DNA of 64,000 nucleotides from Terriglobia bacterium (GCA_965198225.1 CBDAOY010000006.1:192001-256000); one strand, 5' to 3'; shown: positions 30,438 through 40,607, counted from the stretch's first letter. Notes: generated by a model from the letters alone, not told the origin. Translations and numbers: made by a program.

Positions 30438-32231
30438 CTACGTTCGGTTGGCGATGGCTTCCCGGGCGATAGCGAGGAATTCGTCGATGGTCTTGGCTTT
30501 GAGGTCTTCGCCGGATCGCAGTCGGACGGCTACGCACTCGGCCTCGACTTCTTTGTCTCCGACGACCAGCATGTAGGGGATCTTCTGGACCTGGGCTTTC
30601 CGGATCTTCGCGTTCATCCGATCGACCCCGGCGTCGAGTTCCACACGCAGTCCTGCCGCCCTCAGGCGTTCACGGACCTGCTGACAGTACTCCATGTGAC
30701 GGTCGGCGATCGGGATCAGCGTCGCCTGAACCGGGGCAAGCCAGGCAGGGAAGGCTCCCGAGTAGTGCTCGATCAGGATGCCGAAGAACCGCTCCATGCT
30801 CCCGAGCAGAGCCCGATGGATCATATAGGGACGATGCTCGGCACCGTCCTCACCTATGAAGCTCAGGTCGAAGCGCTCCGGCAGGTTGAAGTCGAACTGG
30901 ATCGTGCTGAGCTGCCAGGGCCGCCCGATGGCGTCCATCAGGTAGATGTCGATCTTCGGGCCGTAGAAAGCACCGTCCCCGACGTTGATCTCAAACGGCA
31001 GACCGGAACGCTCCAGGGAGGCTTGAAGCGCATTCTCGGCAGCTTCCCAGTCCTCATCGGCACCCACCTTCTTCTCAGGTCGGGTGCTCAGGTAGAGCTT
31101 GAAGGTATCGAAACCGAAAGCCCGTAGGATATGCAGGCTGAAGTCGAGCACCTTGTCGATCTCGGCGGGCATCTGATCGGGACGGCAGAACAGATGAGCG
31201 TCGTCCTGGGTGAAGCCGCGGGCGCGTGTGAGGCCGTGAAGCACCCCACTGCGCTCATAGCGGTAGACGGTACCCCATTCGGCGAGCCGAATCGGGAGGT
31301 CCCGGTAGGAACGAAGGCCGGTCCTGAAGATGTTCACATGGAACGGGCAGTTCATCGGTTTCAGGTAGAACTCCTGTTCGTCGATGGTGAGGGGGGCGTA
31401 CATACCGTCGGCATAGAAATCGAGATGGCCGCTGGTCTCCCAGAGCGTGGCCCGCCCGATGTGTGGGGTGTAAACAAAGTCGTATCCGTTCTCCAGGTGC
31501 TCCCTCTTGCAATACTCCTCGGCAAGATGGCGGACGAGTCCTCCTTTCGGATGCCACAGAACCAGCCCCCCGCCGACCGTCTCCGGGTGGACGCTGAACA
31601 GGTCCAGATCGACGCCCAGCTTCCGGTGGTCCCTCTTCTTCGCTTCCTCCAGGCGGACGAAATACTGCTTGAGCTCTTTTTTCGTCTCGAACGCAACGCC
31701 GTAGACGCGCTGCAACTGGTCGCGGGCTTGATCGCCCCGCCAGTAGGCGCCCGAAACCCGGGTCAGCTTGAAAGCATCAGCCCGGATCTGACCGGTGTCC
31801 TCGATGTGCGGTCCACGGCAGAGGTCGACGAATTCGCCGGTCTTGTAGATGCTCACGGTATCGACGCTTCCACCGACCAGATTCTCGTCCTCCAAGTCGG
31901 CAACCGCCGTCGTTCCGTGACTCTTGAGATCGTTCAACAGTTCGACCTTGTAGTCCTGTGACATGCGGCCGAACTTTTCTATCGCGTCATCGATCGGCAG
32001 TTCGGATCGTTCGAATGCCAGTTTCTCGGACATCTTGCGACGCATCGTTTTTTCGATTTTTTCAAGATCTTCGGGCGTGAGGGAACTTTCGAGGTAGACG
32101 TCGTAGTAGAAACCGTCCTCGATGACGGGTCCCACGCCGAACTTGGCTCCCGGGTAAAACTCCTGAATGCTGGCCGCCATCAGGTGGGCCAGCGAGTGAC
32201 GTATCGTTTCCAGATTCTCTTGTTTGGACAT
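30438..32231 (-). CDS. thrS: Threonyl-tRNA synthetase (lacking TGS domain)
   Basis: RHSLAHLMA, DLCRGPH, KPMNCPFH, GAFYGPKID, HRALLGSMERF. Confidence 0.97.
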   Translation of the reverse strand: MSKQENLETIRHSLAHLMAASIQEFYPGAKFGVGPVIEDGFYYDVYLESSLTPEDLEKIEKTMRRKMSEKLAFERSELPIDDAIEKFGRMSQDYKVELLNDLKSHGTTAVADLEDENLVGGSVDTVSIYKTGEFVDLCRGPHIEDTGQIRADAFKLTRVSGAYWRGDQARDQLQRVYGVAFETKKELKQYFVRLEEAKKRDHRKLGVDLDLFSVHPETVGGGLVLWHPKGGLVRHLAEEYCKREHLENGYDFVYTPHIGRATLWETSGHLDFYADGMYAPLTIDEQEFYLKPMNCPFHVNIFRTGLRSYRDLPIRLAEWGTVYRYERSGVLHGLTRARGFTQDDAHLFCRPDQMPAEIDKVLDFSLHILRAFGFDTFKLYLSTRPEKKVGADEDWEAAENALQASLERSGLPFEINVGDGAFYGPKIDIYLMDAIGRPWQLSTIQFDFNLPERFDLSFIGEDGAEHRPYMIHRALLGSMERFFGILIEHYSGAFPAWLAPVQATLIPIADRHMEYCQQVRERLRAAGLRVELDAGVDRMNAKIRKAQVQKIPYMLVVGDKEVEAECVAVRLRSGEDLKAKTIDEFLAIAREAIANRT

Positions 32232-32311
32232 GATGGGGTCGTCTTCCGTTCCGTTTGATAACTCTACAAGTCGGGATTCGGGCGAGCGGGGTCGGGATGG
32301 ACGCAAGCCCG

Positions 32312-32872
32312 CTACGCGAAAAGAGCAGGCTGGGAAACCGTCGAACGGCCACGGGCAGTCGCGCCCGCGGCTTTTTGCTCCTTTACGGTCAGGGCCCCTT
32401 CCAGGGTGAGAAGTTGCAGCTTGATGTCCAATCCGCCCCCGTAACCGGTCAGCGATCCGTCCTGGCCGATAACTCGATGGCACGGAATGATGATTGGGAT
32501 CGGATTGTCGTGATTGGCCAGCCCGACTGCGCGGGCCGCTCCGGCTTTACCGAGGTCTCTCGCGATTCGGCCGTAGCTCCGGGTCTGTCCGTAGGGGATC
32601 TTGAGGAGCGCCCGCCAGACGGACAGCTGAAACGGAGTACCTGCCAGATCCAGATCGACATCGAACTCCTGCCGGGTCCCTGCAAAATACTCACCCAGCT
32701 GGCGAACCGCCACCTGGTTGGCCTGGGCGTCCAGAACGGCTTCTTCCGGAATCGAACGACCAAACTCGATCGAGCGGAGTCCGCGTTCCGCAGAGACGAG
32801 CGTCAAGGGGCCGATTGGACTGTCCATGACTTCATACCGTATGCGATCGCTCACACGCCCAAGGTATCTCAA
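32312..32872 (-). CDS. ogt: Methylated-DNA-protein-cysteine methyltransferase
   Basis: GTPFQLSVW, IPYGQTRSYG, active site IPCHRV. Confidence 0.95.
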   Translation of the reverse strand: MRYLGRVSDRIRYEVMDSPIGPLTLVSAERGLRSIEFGRSIPEEAVLDAQANQVAVRQLGEYFAGTRQEFDVDLDLAGTPFQLSVWRALLKIPYGQTRSYGRIARDLGKAGAARAVGLANHDNPIPIIIPCHRVIGQDGSLTGYGGGLDIKLQLLTLEGALTVKEQKAAGATARGRSTVSQPALFA

Positions 32873-33175
32873 TCTGTCGGCCCGTACAAGACTTGCGGGA
32901 GCAGGAACCCTTGTTCGGCGAGCTCCTTACTAGGGGAAACAGGTGGCACTCGCTTCGAGGGCATCAGATGCGCGCACGACTGGGGAACAGAACAAAAAAA
33001 AGACTATTCTCACGTGATACTGGATGATCGGGCGAACAGCGTTCATACTATCCCCCAAGCTCCCGAGGTGAAGATTCTCCTCGGACGGGCCGGAAAGGGG
33101 ATTTCGAGCAGTTCCCCGGGTCGCTCAACTCGTCGGACAACGGGCGGCGATCCCGTTACCAGAAGGGGGTTGTGA

Positions 33176-33204
33176 TTGCAAATATTCCGTTGTTTTGTTA
33201 TGTT
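33176..33204 (+). promoter_or_regulatory. Sigma70 promoter of the infC operon (extended -10)
   Basis: TTGCAA-17 nt-TATGTT preceded by TGn; predicted +1 at ~33211. Confidence 0.6.
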
Positions 33205-33210
33205 TAGCGT

Positions 33211-33762
33211 TTGTCAAAAGTGAAGAGATTCTCCCGAGGCCAGCGCTTTGTAGATAAGACACGCGTGAATCACCGAATTCGCGCCCGAGAGGTCCGTGTC
33301 ATCGATGAGAACGGAACCCAACTCGGAGTCATGCCGCCCCAGACGGCCATACGAAACGCGGAAGAAAAGGGCCTCGACCTGGTAGAGGTCGCACCGCAAG
33401 CGGATCCGCCGGTGTGCCGGATCATGGATTACGGCCAGTACCGCTACCAGATGAAGAAGAAGGCTCACGAGGCGAAGAAACACCAGAAGAGCGTCCACAT
33501 CAAGGAAGTCAAGTTTCGCCCGAATACGGATGAGCACGACTACGACTTCAAGAAGAACCACATCATCCGGTTCTTGAAACAGGGCGACAAGGTCAAGGCC
33601 AACGTCTGGTTCCGGGGGCGCGAGATCGTCCACAAGGAAATCGGTCGAGCCCTGATTGCACGATTGATGGAGGAGCTGGAAGAGATCGGTTTCGTGGAGA
33701 ACAGGCCGAAGATGGAAGGAAACAACCTCGTGGCGATCTTCGCTCCGAAGAAGGAAAAGTAG
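33211..33762 (+). CDS. infC: Translation initiation factor IF-3
   Basis: [29 protein letters not shown]; TTG start (alternative GTG 33220). Confidence 0.97.
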   Translation: MSKVKRFSRGQRFVDKTRVNHRIRAREVRVIDENGTQLGVMPPQTAIRNAEEKGLDLVEVAPQADPPVCRIMDYGQYRYQMKKKAHEAKKHQKSVHIKEVKFRPNTDEHDYDFKKNHIIRFLKQGDKVKANVWFRGREIVHKEIGRALIARLMEELEEIGFVENRPKMEGNNLVAIFAPKKEK

Positions 33763-33769
33763 ATACATC

Positions 33770-33967
33770 ATGCCCAAACTGAAGACACACCGAGGTGCAC
33801 GGAAGCGGTTCAAACTGACCGCCGGCGGGAAGGTGAAACGCCGGCACTCATTGACGCGTCACATCCTGACCAAGAAATCCCCGAAGCGGAAACGGCACCT
33901 GGGCAAGGCCGCCATCGTGTCGCACGCGGACACGCCGAAGCTCAAGGAAATGTTGCCGTACGGATGA
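33770..33967 (+). CDS. rpmI: 50S ribosomal protein L35
   Basis: [15 protein letters not shown]. Confidence 0.97.
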   Translation: MPKLKTHRGARKRFKLTAGGKVKRRHSLTRHILTKKSPKRKRHLGKAAIVSHADTPKLKEMLPYG

Positions 33968-33975
33968 GTAATTGT

Positions 33976-34000
33976 TGTAGGTGCGGTCTATGACCGCACA
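33976..34000 (+). repeat. GTAG-type REP between rpmI and rplT
   Basis: TGTAGGTGCGGTCTATGACCGCACA. Confidence 0.88.
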
Positions 34001-34055
34001 TTGCTCCGAGTCACTTATCACTCTTCACTTGTCACTGATTTGAGGACTAATAACT

Positions 34056-34421
34056 GTGCCAAGAGTTAAACGCGGAACCAAGAGGCACGAACGCCGCAAG
34101 AAGGTTCTGAAACTCGCCCGGGGATACTTCCTGGGCAAGAGCAAGCTCTTTAAATTCGCGACGGAATCCGTCGACAGAGCGCTCCAGTACTCCTACCGCG
34201 ACCGCAGGGCTCGCAAACGGGACTTCCGCCGCCTCTGGATCATCCGGATCGGAGCGGCGGCACGCCAGAACGGTGTCAATTACAATCAATTCATGTTCGG
34301 GCTAAAGAAGGCTGGGATCGAACTGGACCGCAAAGTCCTGGCGGATATCGCCGTCGAAGATCCGGCCGGTTTTGCCCAGCTCGCGGAGAAAGCGAAGGCA
34401 ACCATCGGCCAACCCGCATAG
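34056..34421 (+). CDS. rplT: 50S ribosomal protein L20
   Basis: [26 protein letters not shown]. Confidence 0.97.
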   Translation: MPRVKRGTKRHERRKKVLKLARGYFLGKSKLFKFATESVDRALQYSYRDRRARKRDFRRLWIIRIGAAARQNGVNYNQFMFGLKKAGIELDRKVLADIAVEDPAGFAQLAEKAKATIGQPA

Positions 34422-34425
34422 GCCG

Positions 34426-35472
34426 ATGGCGACACCGACACCCGAGGTCGGAATCGACCAACTCCGGAAGATCGGGGAAGACTTCAAGCGAGAGGCGCGC
34501 TCCGTGGAGAATCGCCGATCGCTGGAGGAGATCCGCGCCCGCTACCTCTCCAGGAAGGCTGGACTTCTGACGCTCCAGCTGAAGGGGTTGGGCGGTCTTC
34601 CGAAACATCAGCGCTCCGAGTTCGGTCAACTCGGCAACGAGCTGAAGAAAGCGATCGAATCGAAGCTTGCGGAGATTTCCGAAACGATCGACCAGACTGA
34701 GCGGTCACACACGAGGGAGACCGAAGCGCTCGACGTGACTCTGCCCGGCATCCGGCGCCGCCTCGGCCATCGTCATCCCGCTGCTCTTGCGCGGGCGGAA
34801 ATGGAGCGGATTTTCACCTCGATGGGATACACGGTGGAGGATGGTCCCGAGATCGAAACGACCTATTACAACTTCGAAGCGCTGAACATTCCCGCGGGAC
34901 ACCCGGCGCGAGACGCGTCCGACACTTTCTATGTCTCCGATGAGATGGTCCTGCGGACCCACACTTCGCCCGTCCAGGTTCGAACGATGGAGAAGACGCG
35001 CCCACCGGTGCGGGTCATCTGCCCTGGTCGCGTGTTCCGCCACGACGACCTGGATGCGACGCATTCCCCGATGTTTCACCAGATCGAGGGCCTCGTCGTC
35101 GACAAGGGCATCACGTTTGCCGATCTGAAGGGCACGCTGGAACTCTTCCACCGCCAGTTCTTCGGGGAACAGACACGGACTCGCTTCCGCCCGAGCTACT
35201 TTCCATTCACGGAGCCCAGCGCTGAGGTCGACATTTCTTGTATCTTCTGTTCCGGAAACGGCTGCCGCGTCTGCAAGCAGACCGGCTGGATCGAGCTGAT
35301 GGGCTCGGGAATGGTGAACCCGGTTGTCTACGGATTCGTTGATTACGATCCGGAAACCCACAGCGGCTTCGCCTTCGGCGCCGGTATCGACCGGTACGCG
35401 ATGCTCAAGTACCAGATCAACGACATCACGTTACTCTTCCAGAACGATCTCCGATTTCTAGAACAATTCTGA
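34426..35472 (+). CDS. pheS: Phenylalanyl-tRNA synthetase alpha subunit
   Basis: HPARD, LRTHTSPVQ, RPSYFPFTEPSAE, GFAFG. Confidence 0.97.
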   Translation: MATPTPEVGIDQLRKIGEDFKREARSVENRRSLEEIRARYLSRKAGLLTLQLKGLGGLPKHQRSEFGQLGNELKKAIESKLAEISETIDQTERSHTRETEALDVTLPGIRRRLGHRHPAALARAEMERIFTSMGYTVEDGPEIETTYYNFEALNIPAGHPARDASDTFYVSDEMVLRTHTSPVQVRTMEKTRPPVRVICPGRVFRHDDLDATHSPMFHQIEGLVVDKGITFADLKGTLELFHRQFFGEQTRTRFRPSYFPFTEPSAEVDISCIFCSGNGCRVCKQTGWIELMGSGMVNPVVYGFVDYDPETHSGFAFGAGIDRYAMLKYQINDITLLFQNDLRFLEQF

Positions 35473-35487
35473 AGGACTGCTTCTCAG

Positions 35488-37506
35488 ATGTTAGTCAGCT
35501 TCAACTGGCTTCGGGAATTCATCGACGTCCAGGTCGAGCCGGTTGAGCTCGGTCAAAAACTCACAATGACGGGCCTGGCCGTCGACGCGGTGGAGGACTC
35601 AGGCGACGACACCATCTTAGAACTCGACATCACTTCAAACCGAGGTGACTGCCTGTCCCACCTCGGGGTGGCACGAGAGGTCTGCGCCGCGTTCGATCTC
35701 GACGTGCGTCGTCCGGAGTTCCAGCTCGAGGAGGTTGATCGTTCGGCCGAAGAGATCTTCTCGATCTCCATCGCGGAGCCCGATCTCTGCCGCCGGTATT
35801 GCGGCCGCTATATAGAGGGGGTCCAGATCGGCCCCTCACCGGACTGGATGGTTCGTAGGCTGGCATCGGTCGGCGTCCGGTCGATCAACAACGTCGCCGA
35901 CGTCACCAACTACGTCCTGATGGAGCTGGGACATCCACTCCATGCCTTCGACGCGGACACTCTGGAGGGCCAGGAAATCATCGTTCGACGCGCGGAGCTC
36001 GAAGAAACGATCGAAACCCTGGACGGCGAGAAGCGGGAGCTCGATCCTTCGATGCTCGTGATCGCGGACTCGAATCGGGCCGTAGCCCTGGCCGGTGTCA
36101 TGGGGGGGATCGACACGGAAATATCCTCCCCGACGACGAATGTCCTGCTGGAGTCGGCGTGGTTCGATCCGATGACGACACGCAAAACCGCTCGCGCGCT
36201 CAATTTGAGTACGGAAGCGTCCTACCGCTTCGAACGCGGGGCCGACATCGAGATGGCCTTGCATGCGTGCGATCGGGCCGCCATGTTGATCCACGAGCTT
36301 GCGGGCGGGAAGATCTATCGCGATGTTATAGACGTCTATCCTGGACGGCAGGGGGCTCCGGAGGCCAGACTCCGGCGACGACGTATTCTGGAGTACCTGG
36401 GAATGGAGGTTCCCGACCAGGCGGTTGTCCGGACGTTCACGCGGTTGGGCTTCGAACCCGTAGATAGCGACGAGGAAGGCTGGTCGGTCCGGGTACCGAC
36501 CCACCGCCACGATATTTCCACCGAAGAAGATCTGATGGAAGAAATCGCCCGACACCACGGATACGACCGGTTTCCTTCGACGCTGCCGGCCTGGGCCGGC
36601 CAGGGCCGCGCCCTTCCCTGGGCGGAGGGGGAACGCGGCATACATGCGACTCTCTCAGGACTAGGCTATTCCGAGGCCTGCACCATCCCTTTCAGCAGCG
36701 AGAAGATGGAACGTGGCTTCGCTCCGGACCTGGACCCGGTCGTCATCCTCAATCCTCTTTCCGAGGAAGCGCCGGCGCTCCGTACGTCGATGGTCCCGGG
36801 CATGCTGCGATCGCTTCTGTGGAACCTGAACCGCGGAACCAGGGACGTCCAACTGTATGAAATCGGCAAAATCTACCCGACTGACGGCGAGAGGCGGCAG
36901 CTCGTCCTCGGGGCTACCGGGTCCCTCCAAGCCGAAACCCTCCATCACAACCAGACCGACCTGGAGTTCTTTCAACTGAAGGGAGATGTCGAAGCGCTGC
37001 TGAACGGCTTTGACGTCGATCAGGCGCCCGGCACCTCGAACCTGCCGGCTTATTATCATCCCGGCCGTCGCATCCGGTTGGGACAAGTATCCGTTCTCGG
37101 GGAGCTCCACCAGGATCAGACCGACCTCTTCAAGTTACGCCAGAAGGTGTACCTCGCAGAGATCGAGATCGAAAAGCTTTACGCGCTGGGGCCCTCAGAG
37201 ATTGCAGCGCGAGCGATTCCGAAGTACCCTTCCATCCGACGTGATCTGTCCCTGGTCCTCAGCCGCGGGACCGACTACGCGGCGGTTGTCCGAACCATCG
37301 ACGGGGAGGGCATCGAGGAGTTGATCGAAATCGAGCCGTTCGACCTGCTCGAGCAGGGCCCATTTCCCGACGATCGCTACAGTCTGGCGGTCAAGCTGGT
37401 GTACCAGTCGTCTGAGGGGACCTTGACCGACGATCAGGTCCAGGATTTCGACCGGCGAATCGTCGCCCGGCTCGAAACCGAACTGGGTGCCAGACTGAGA
37501 AGCTAA
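35488..37506 (+). CDS. pheT: Phenylalanyl-tRNA synthetase beta subunit (short form without B2 OB-fold)
   Basis: SFNWLREF, ITSNRGDCLS, DVTNYV..GHPLHAFD, EEIARHHGY. Confidence 0.95.
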   Translation: MLVSFNWLREFIDVQVEPVELGQKLTMTGLAVDAVEDSGDDTILELDITSNRGDCLSHLGVAREVCAAFDLDVRRPEFQLEEVDRSAEEIFSISIAEPDLCRRYCGRYIEGVQIGPSPDWMVRRLASVGVRSINNVADVTNYVLMELGHPLHAFDADTLEGQEIIVRRAELEETIETLDGEKRELDPSMLVIADSNRAVALAGVMGGIDTEISSPTTNVLLESAWFDPMTTRKTARALNLSTEASYRFERGADIEMALHACDRAAMLIHELAGGKIYRDVIDVYPGRQGAPEARLRRRRILEYLGMEVPDQAVVRTFTRLGFEPVDSDEEGWSVRVPTHRHDISTEEDLMEEIARHHGYDRFPSTLPAWAGQGRALPWAEGERGIHATLSGLGYSEACTIPFSSEKMERGFAPDLDPVVILNPLSEEAPALRTSMVPGMLRSLLWNLNRGTRDVQLYEIGKIYPTDGERRQLVLGATGSLQAETLHHNQTDLEFFQLKGDVEALLNGFDVDQAPGTSNLPAYYHPGRRIRLGQVSVLGELHQDQTDLFKLRQKVYLAEIEIEKLYALGPSEIAARAIPKYPSIRRDLSLVLSRGTDYAAVVRTIDGEGIEELIEIEPFDLLEQGPFPDDRYSLAVKLVYQSSEGTLTDDQVQDFDRRIVARLETELGARLRS

Positions 37507-37523
37507 CCGAACCTGGTGTCGAT

Positions 37524-37766
37524 ATGGCCGACGCGCTCGATGAGTTCAAGTCTCTGGAAGAACGGATTGCGCGGGCCATCGACGTGATCAACACGACGCG
37601 CTCCGAAAAGGAGACACTGGCAAGGGATCTGGCCGCCGCCCGACGTGAAGTACGCGAACTCCAGGATCAACTCGATGGTCTGCGCGAACAACGGAAAGCG
37701 GTTCGAGGTCGGGTGGAAAGCCTCATCGCCAGCATCTCCGAGCTCACCGAAAAACGACTTGTCTAA
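37524..37766 (+). CDS. zapB: ZapB-like coiled-coil cell-division protein
   Basis: 80-aa heptad coiled coil between pheT and zapA. Confidence 0.6.
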   Translation: MADALDEFKSLEERIARAIDVINTTRSEKETLARDLAAARREVRELQDQLDGLREQRKAVRGRVESLIASISELTEKRLV

Positions 37767-38067
37767 GAAAAGCAAAGCCGAAATCGTCGAAATCGAGATC
37801 TACGACCAGCGATATCCACTCCGGCTCAACACGCCGGCCGAACGCTCCGAAGTCCTGAAGGTTGCCGAACAGGTCGATCTCAGGATGCGGGCAATTGCCC
37901 AGCAGTCCGGAACGGTCGATTCGCTCAAGGTCGCGATCCTGACCGCACTGCATCTGGCACAGGAACAACGCGAACAGAGTGAGGGGGATCGTAGCCTGGA
38001 GAAGGCAGTGGCATCAGGTTCGCAGAAGTGGATCCGAGAGTTGGACAACGTTATTAGTTGTCCGTAG
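37759..38067 (+). CDS. zapA: Cell division protein ZapA
   Basis: VEIEIYDQRY..VDLRMR..LKVAILTALHLA; probable TTG start 37759. Confidence 0.88.
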   Translation: MSKKSKAEIVEIEIYDQRYPLRLNTPAERSEVLKVAEQVDLRMRAIAQQSGTVDSLKVAILTALHLAQEQREQSEGDRSLEKAVASGSQKWIRELDNVISCP

Positions 38068-38137
38068 GCCGTAGGCCGTTAGCAGAAAGGGCCCGGATGC
38101 TTCCCAACGGGTAACGGACTACGGGCAACGGCCTACG
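38063..38137. repeat. Heptamer-periodic inverted-repeat hairpin (CGTAGGC-type)
   Basis: cgtaggccgtaggccgttag ... taacggactacgggcaacggcctacg. Confidence 0.75.
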
Positions 38138-38147
38138 TCTTTACCCC

Positions 38148-38176
38148 TTGTCACCTGTCACTCCCTTCCCTACAAT
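38148..38176 (+). promoter_or_regulatory. Sigma70 promoter for 6S RNA/ymdB
   Basis: TTGTCA-17 nt-TACAAT. Confidence 0.8.
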
Positions 38177-38182
38177 CAAACT

Positions 38183-38370
38183 GGCCCTGCGAAGCACGTG
38201 CTTGGCACCGACATTATTTGACCGATGTCTTATTTGAAAGGGGTCTGATTTTCCGCGTGGTGCGCGAGCCATCCCCGAAGAGGGTTGATGACTCCCTAAA
38301 GCGAGGATAGGACGCCCACCTGTTTTGGACAGGTTCAAATAGGGAGTGTCACACGGCTAAGTGGGGTTTT
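38183..38370 (+). ncRNA. ssrS: 6S RNA (SsrS)
   Basis: ~190-nt non-coding region whose ends can pair, in the typical zapA-6S-ymdB position, preceded by a near-consensus promoter and followed by a T-run. Confidence 0.8.
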
Positions 38371-38388
38371 TTTGCGACCGCGCTAACC

Positions 38389-39165
38389 ATGAAGGTTCTG
38401 TTTATCGGAGATACCGTCGCACGGGCAGGACGCTCGATACTGCACCAGCACCTGAAGTCCATCCAGAACGAGTTCGCAATCGACCTGACGATACTCAACT
38501 GTGAGAACGCGGCGGCAGGAATCGGCGTGACACCGAAGATTGCCGACCAGCTCTTCGACTGGGGCGTGGACGTGCTGACTTCGGGCAACCACATCTGGGA
38601 CAAGAAGGAGATCCTGCCGTACCTGGACTCCAACCCACGAATCCTGAGACCGGCAAACTATCCCGAAGGCAACCCCGGTCGAGGAATCGCTGTGCTAACG
38701 GTAGCGAACGGCGAAAAGGCCGCGGTCATCAACATCCAGGGACGGGTGTTCATGCCGACGATCGACGACCCGTTCCGGGTCATCGAGAGCATCCTGTCGG
38801 AGATTCCCTCCGACGTGAGCGTAATCATCGTCGACATGCACGGGGAAGCTACGGCCGAGAAGGTCGCCATGGGTTGGTACCTGGACGGAAAGGTTTCGGC
38901 AGTTTTGGGAACTCACACCCATATTCCGACCGCCGACGAGACGATCCTGCCCGCCGGGACCGCCTACCAGACCGACGTCGGCATGACCGGACCGTTCCAG
39001 TCCGTGATCGGCGTCATGACCGATCGCGTGCTCAAGCGCTTCCTGAGCCAGATGCCCGTCAAGTTCGAACCGGCCTCCCAGGACGCCCGCCTGAACGCCG
39101 CCGTTGTGGACGTCGATTCCGAAACGGGGAAGGCGCGCTCGATCGAGCGGATCCAAAGAGGTTAG
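38389..39165 (+). CDS. ymdB: YmdB-like metallophosphoesterase
   Basis: LFIGD, NCENAAAG, TSGNHIWD, DMHGEATAEK, GTHTH. Confidence 0.93.
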   Translation: MKVLFIGDTVARAGRSILHQHLKSIQNEFAIDLTILNCENAAAGIGVTPKIADQLFDWGVDVLTSGNHIWDKKEILPYLDSNPRILRPANYPEGNPGRGIAVLTVANGEKAAVINIQGRVFMPTIDDPFRVIESILSEIPSDVSVIIVDMHGEATAEKVAMGWYLDGKVSAVLGTHTHIPTADETILPAGTAYQTDVGMTGPFQSVIGVMTDRVLKRFLSQMPVKFEPASQDARLNAAVVDVDSETGKARSIERIQRG

Positions 39166-39168
39166 CTC

Positions 39169-39203
39169 TAGCAGCCCGTGGCAGAACTCTGCAGGGCCGC
39201 GTT
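39169..39203 (+). mobile_element. Solo end of the TAGCAGCCCGTGGCAGAA MITE family
   Basis: TAGCAGCCCGTGGCAGAACTCTGCAGGGCCGCGTT, near-identical to the TIRs at 43513 and 43787. Confidence 0.75.
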
Positions 39204-39215
39204 ACGGCGAAGACA

Positions 39216-40580
39216 ATGTTCGAAAACCTCTCTGACAAGCTGCAGCAGGTCCTAAAGAACCTTCGAGGTGAAGGCAGGCTCAGCGCCGAACACATCGAAG
39301 AAGCCCTCAAGGAAATCCGCATGGCCCTGCTCGAGGCCGACGTCAACTTCAAGGTCGTCAAGCAGTTCACCGAAGGTCTCCGGGCCAAAGCGCTGGGGCA
39401 GGAGGTTCTCGACAGCCTCAGCCCGGGCCAGCAGGTGGTCAAGATCGTCCGGGACGAACTGGTTGATCTCCTGGGGGTGGAAACCGCCAGGCTCGACTTC
39501 GCGTCGCAGCCGCCCACGATTCTCATGCTCGTGGGGCTACAGGGTTCGGGAAAAACGACTTCGAGCGGCAAGCTGGCCCGCTGGCTTCAGAAACAGGGCC
39601 GGCGTCCGATGCTGGTTTCGGTGGATGTCTACCGGCCCGCTGCCAGGGAGCAGCTCAGGGTGATCGCGGGTGAAGTCGATGCGCGGATCTATGAAGGCGG
39701 TCCCGATCAGAGCCCGCTCGGCCTCTGCCAGGGCGCTTTGAAGGAAGCCAGGGATTCCGCGCACGATGTCCTGATCATCGACACGGCAGGCCGCCTCCAC
39801 ATCGACGAGACGCTGATGGGGGAGCTTCGGGAAATCAACGAAACGATCAAGCCACATGAGATCCTCTACGTCGCCGACGCCATGCTGGGCCAGGATGCGG
39901 TCAAGAGTGCCGGGCAGTTCCACGAACACCTCGCCTTCGACGGCTTCATACTGACCAAGCTCGACGGTGACGCACGCGGCGGCGCCGCGCTCTCGATCAA
40001 GTCTGTCACCGGCAAGCCGGTGAAGTTCGTCGGCACGGGTGAGAAATACGACGCTCTGGACCTGTTTCACCCCGATCGGCTGGTGTCTCGTATTCTGGGC
40101 ATGGGCGACATCCTGTCGCTGATCGAGAAGGCCGAAGAAGCAATCGACCACAAGAAGGCGGTCGAACTTCAGAAGAAGGTTTTCTCCGATAAATTCACCC
40201 TGGAGGATTTCCGCGATCAACTCAGACAGATCCGCAAGATGGGATCTCTGGAGCAGATCATCGGAATGCTGCCTAACATGGGTCCGTTCAAGGGCATGAA
40301 CAAGGTCCAGGTCGACGAGAAGGAGTTGACGCGAACTGAGGCCATCATCGATTCCATGACGCCGAAGGAGCGGCGAAGCCACCAGATCATCAACGGCAGC
40401 CGCCGGAAGCGGATTGCCAGGGGAAGCGGCACAAGCGTCCAGCAGGTCAACCAACTGCTCAAGCAGTACGTCCAGACCCGGAAGATGATGAAGGGCCTGG
40501 CGGGGGGATCGAAGAAGAAGGGCAAGAAAGGCAAGAAGGGTCGGGGAAGGGGCTTCAGACTGCCGCAAATGCCCATGTAA
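39216..40580 (+). CDS. ffh: Signal recognition particle protein Ffh
   Basis: MFENLSDKL, GLQGSGKTT, DTAGR, TKLDGDARGG. Confidence 0.97.
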   Translation: MFENLSDKLQQVLKNLRGEGRLSAEHIEEALKEIRMALLEADVNFKVVKQFTEGLRAKALGQEVLDSLSPGQQVVKIVRDELVDLLGVETARLDFASQPPTILMLVGLQGSGKTTSSGKLARWLQKQGRRPMLVSVDVYRPAAREQLRVIAGEVDARIYEGGPDQSPLGLCQGALKEARDSAHDVLIIDTAGRLHIDETLMGELREINETIKPHEILYVADAMLGQDAVKSAGQFHEHLAFDGFILTKLDGDARGGAALSIKSVTGKPVKFVGTGEKYDALDLFHPDRLVSRILGMGDILSLIEKAEEAIDHKKAVELQKKVFSDKFTLEDFRDQLRQIRKMGSLEQIIGMLPNMGPFKGMNKVQVDEKELTRTEAIIDSMTPKERRSHQIINGSRRKRIARGSGTSVQQVNQLLKQYVQTRKMMKGLAGGSKKKGKKGKKGRGRGFRLPQMPM

Positions 40581-40607
40581 TGCGGCCACACACAGCATAT
40601 AAATCTG

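Noticed and set aside
32232-32311. T-box leader for thrS (and for leuS)
   Set aside because: Spacers are short or occupied by repeats; no T-box consensus seen
40500-40580. Lys/Gly-rich repeat at the Ffh C-terminus
   Set aside because: Low-complexity basic tails are common in Ffh
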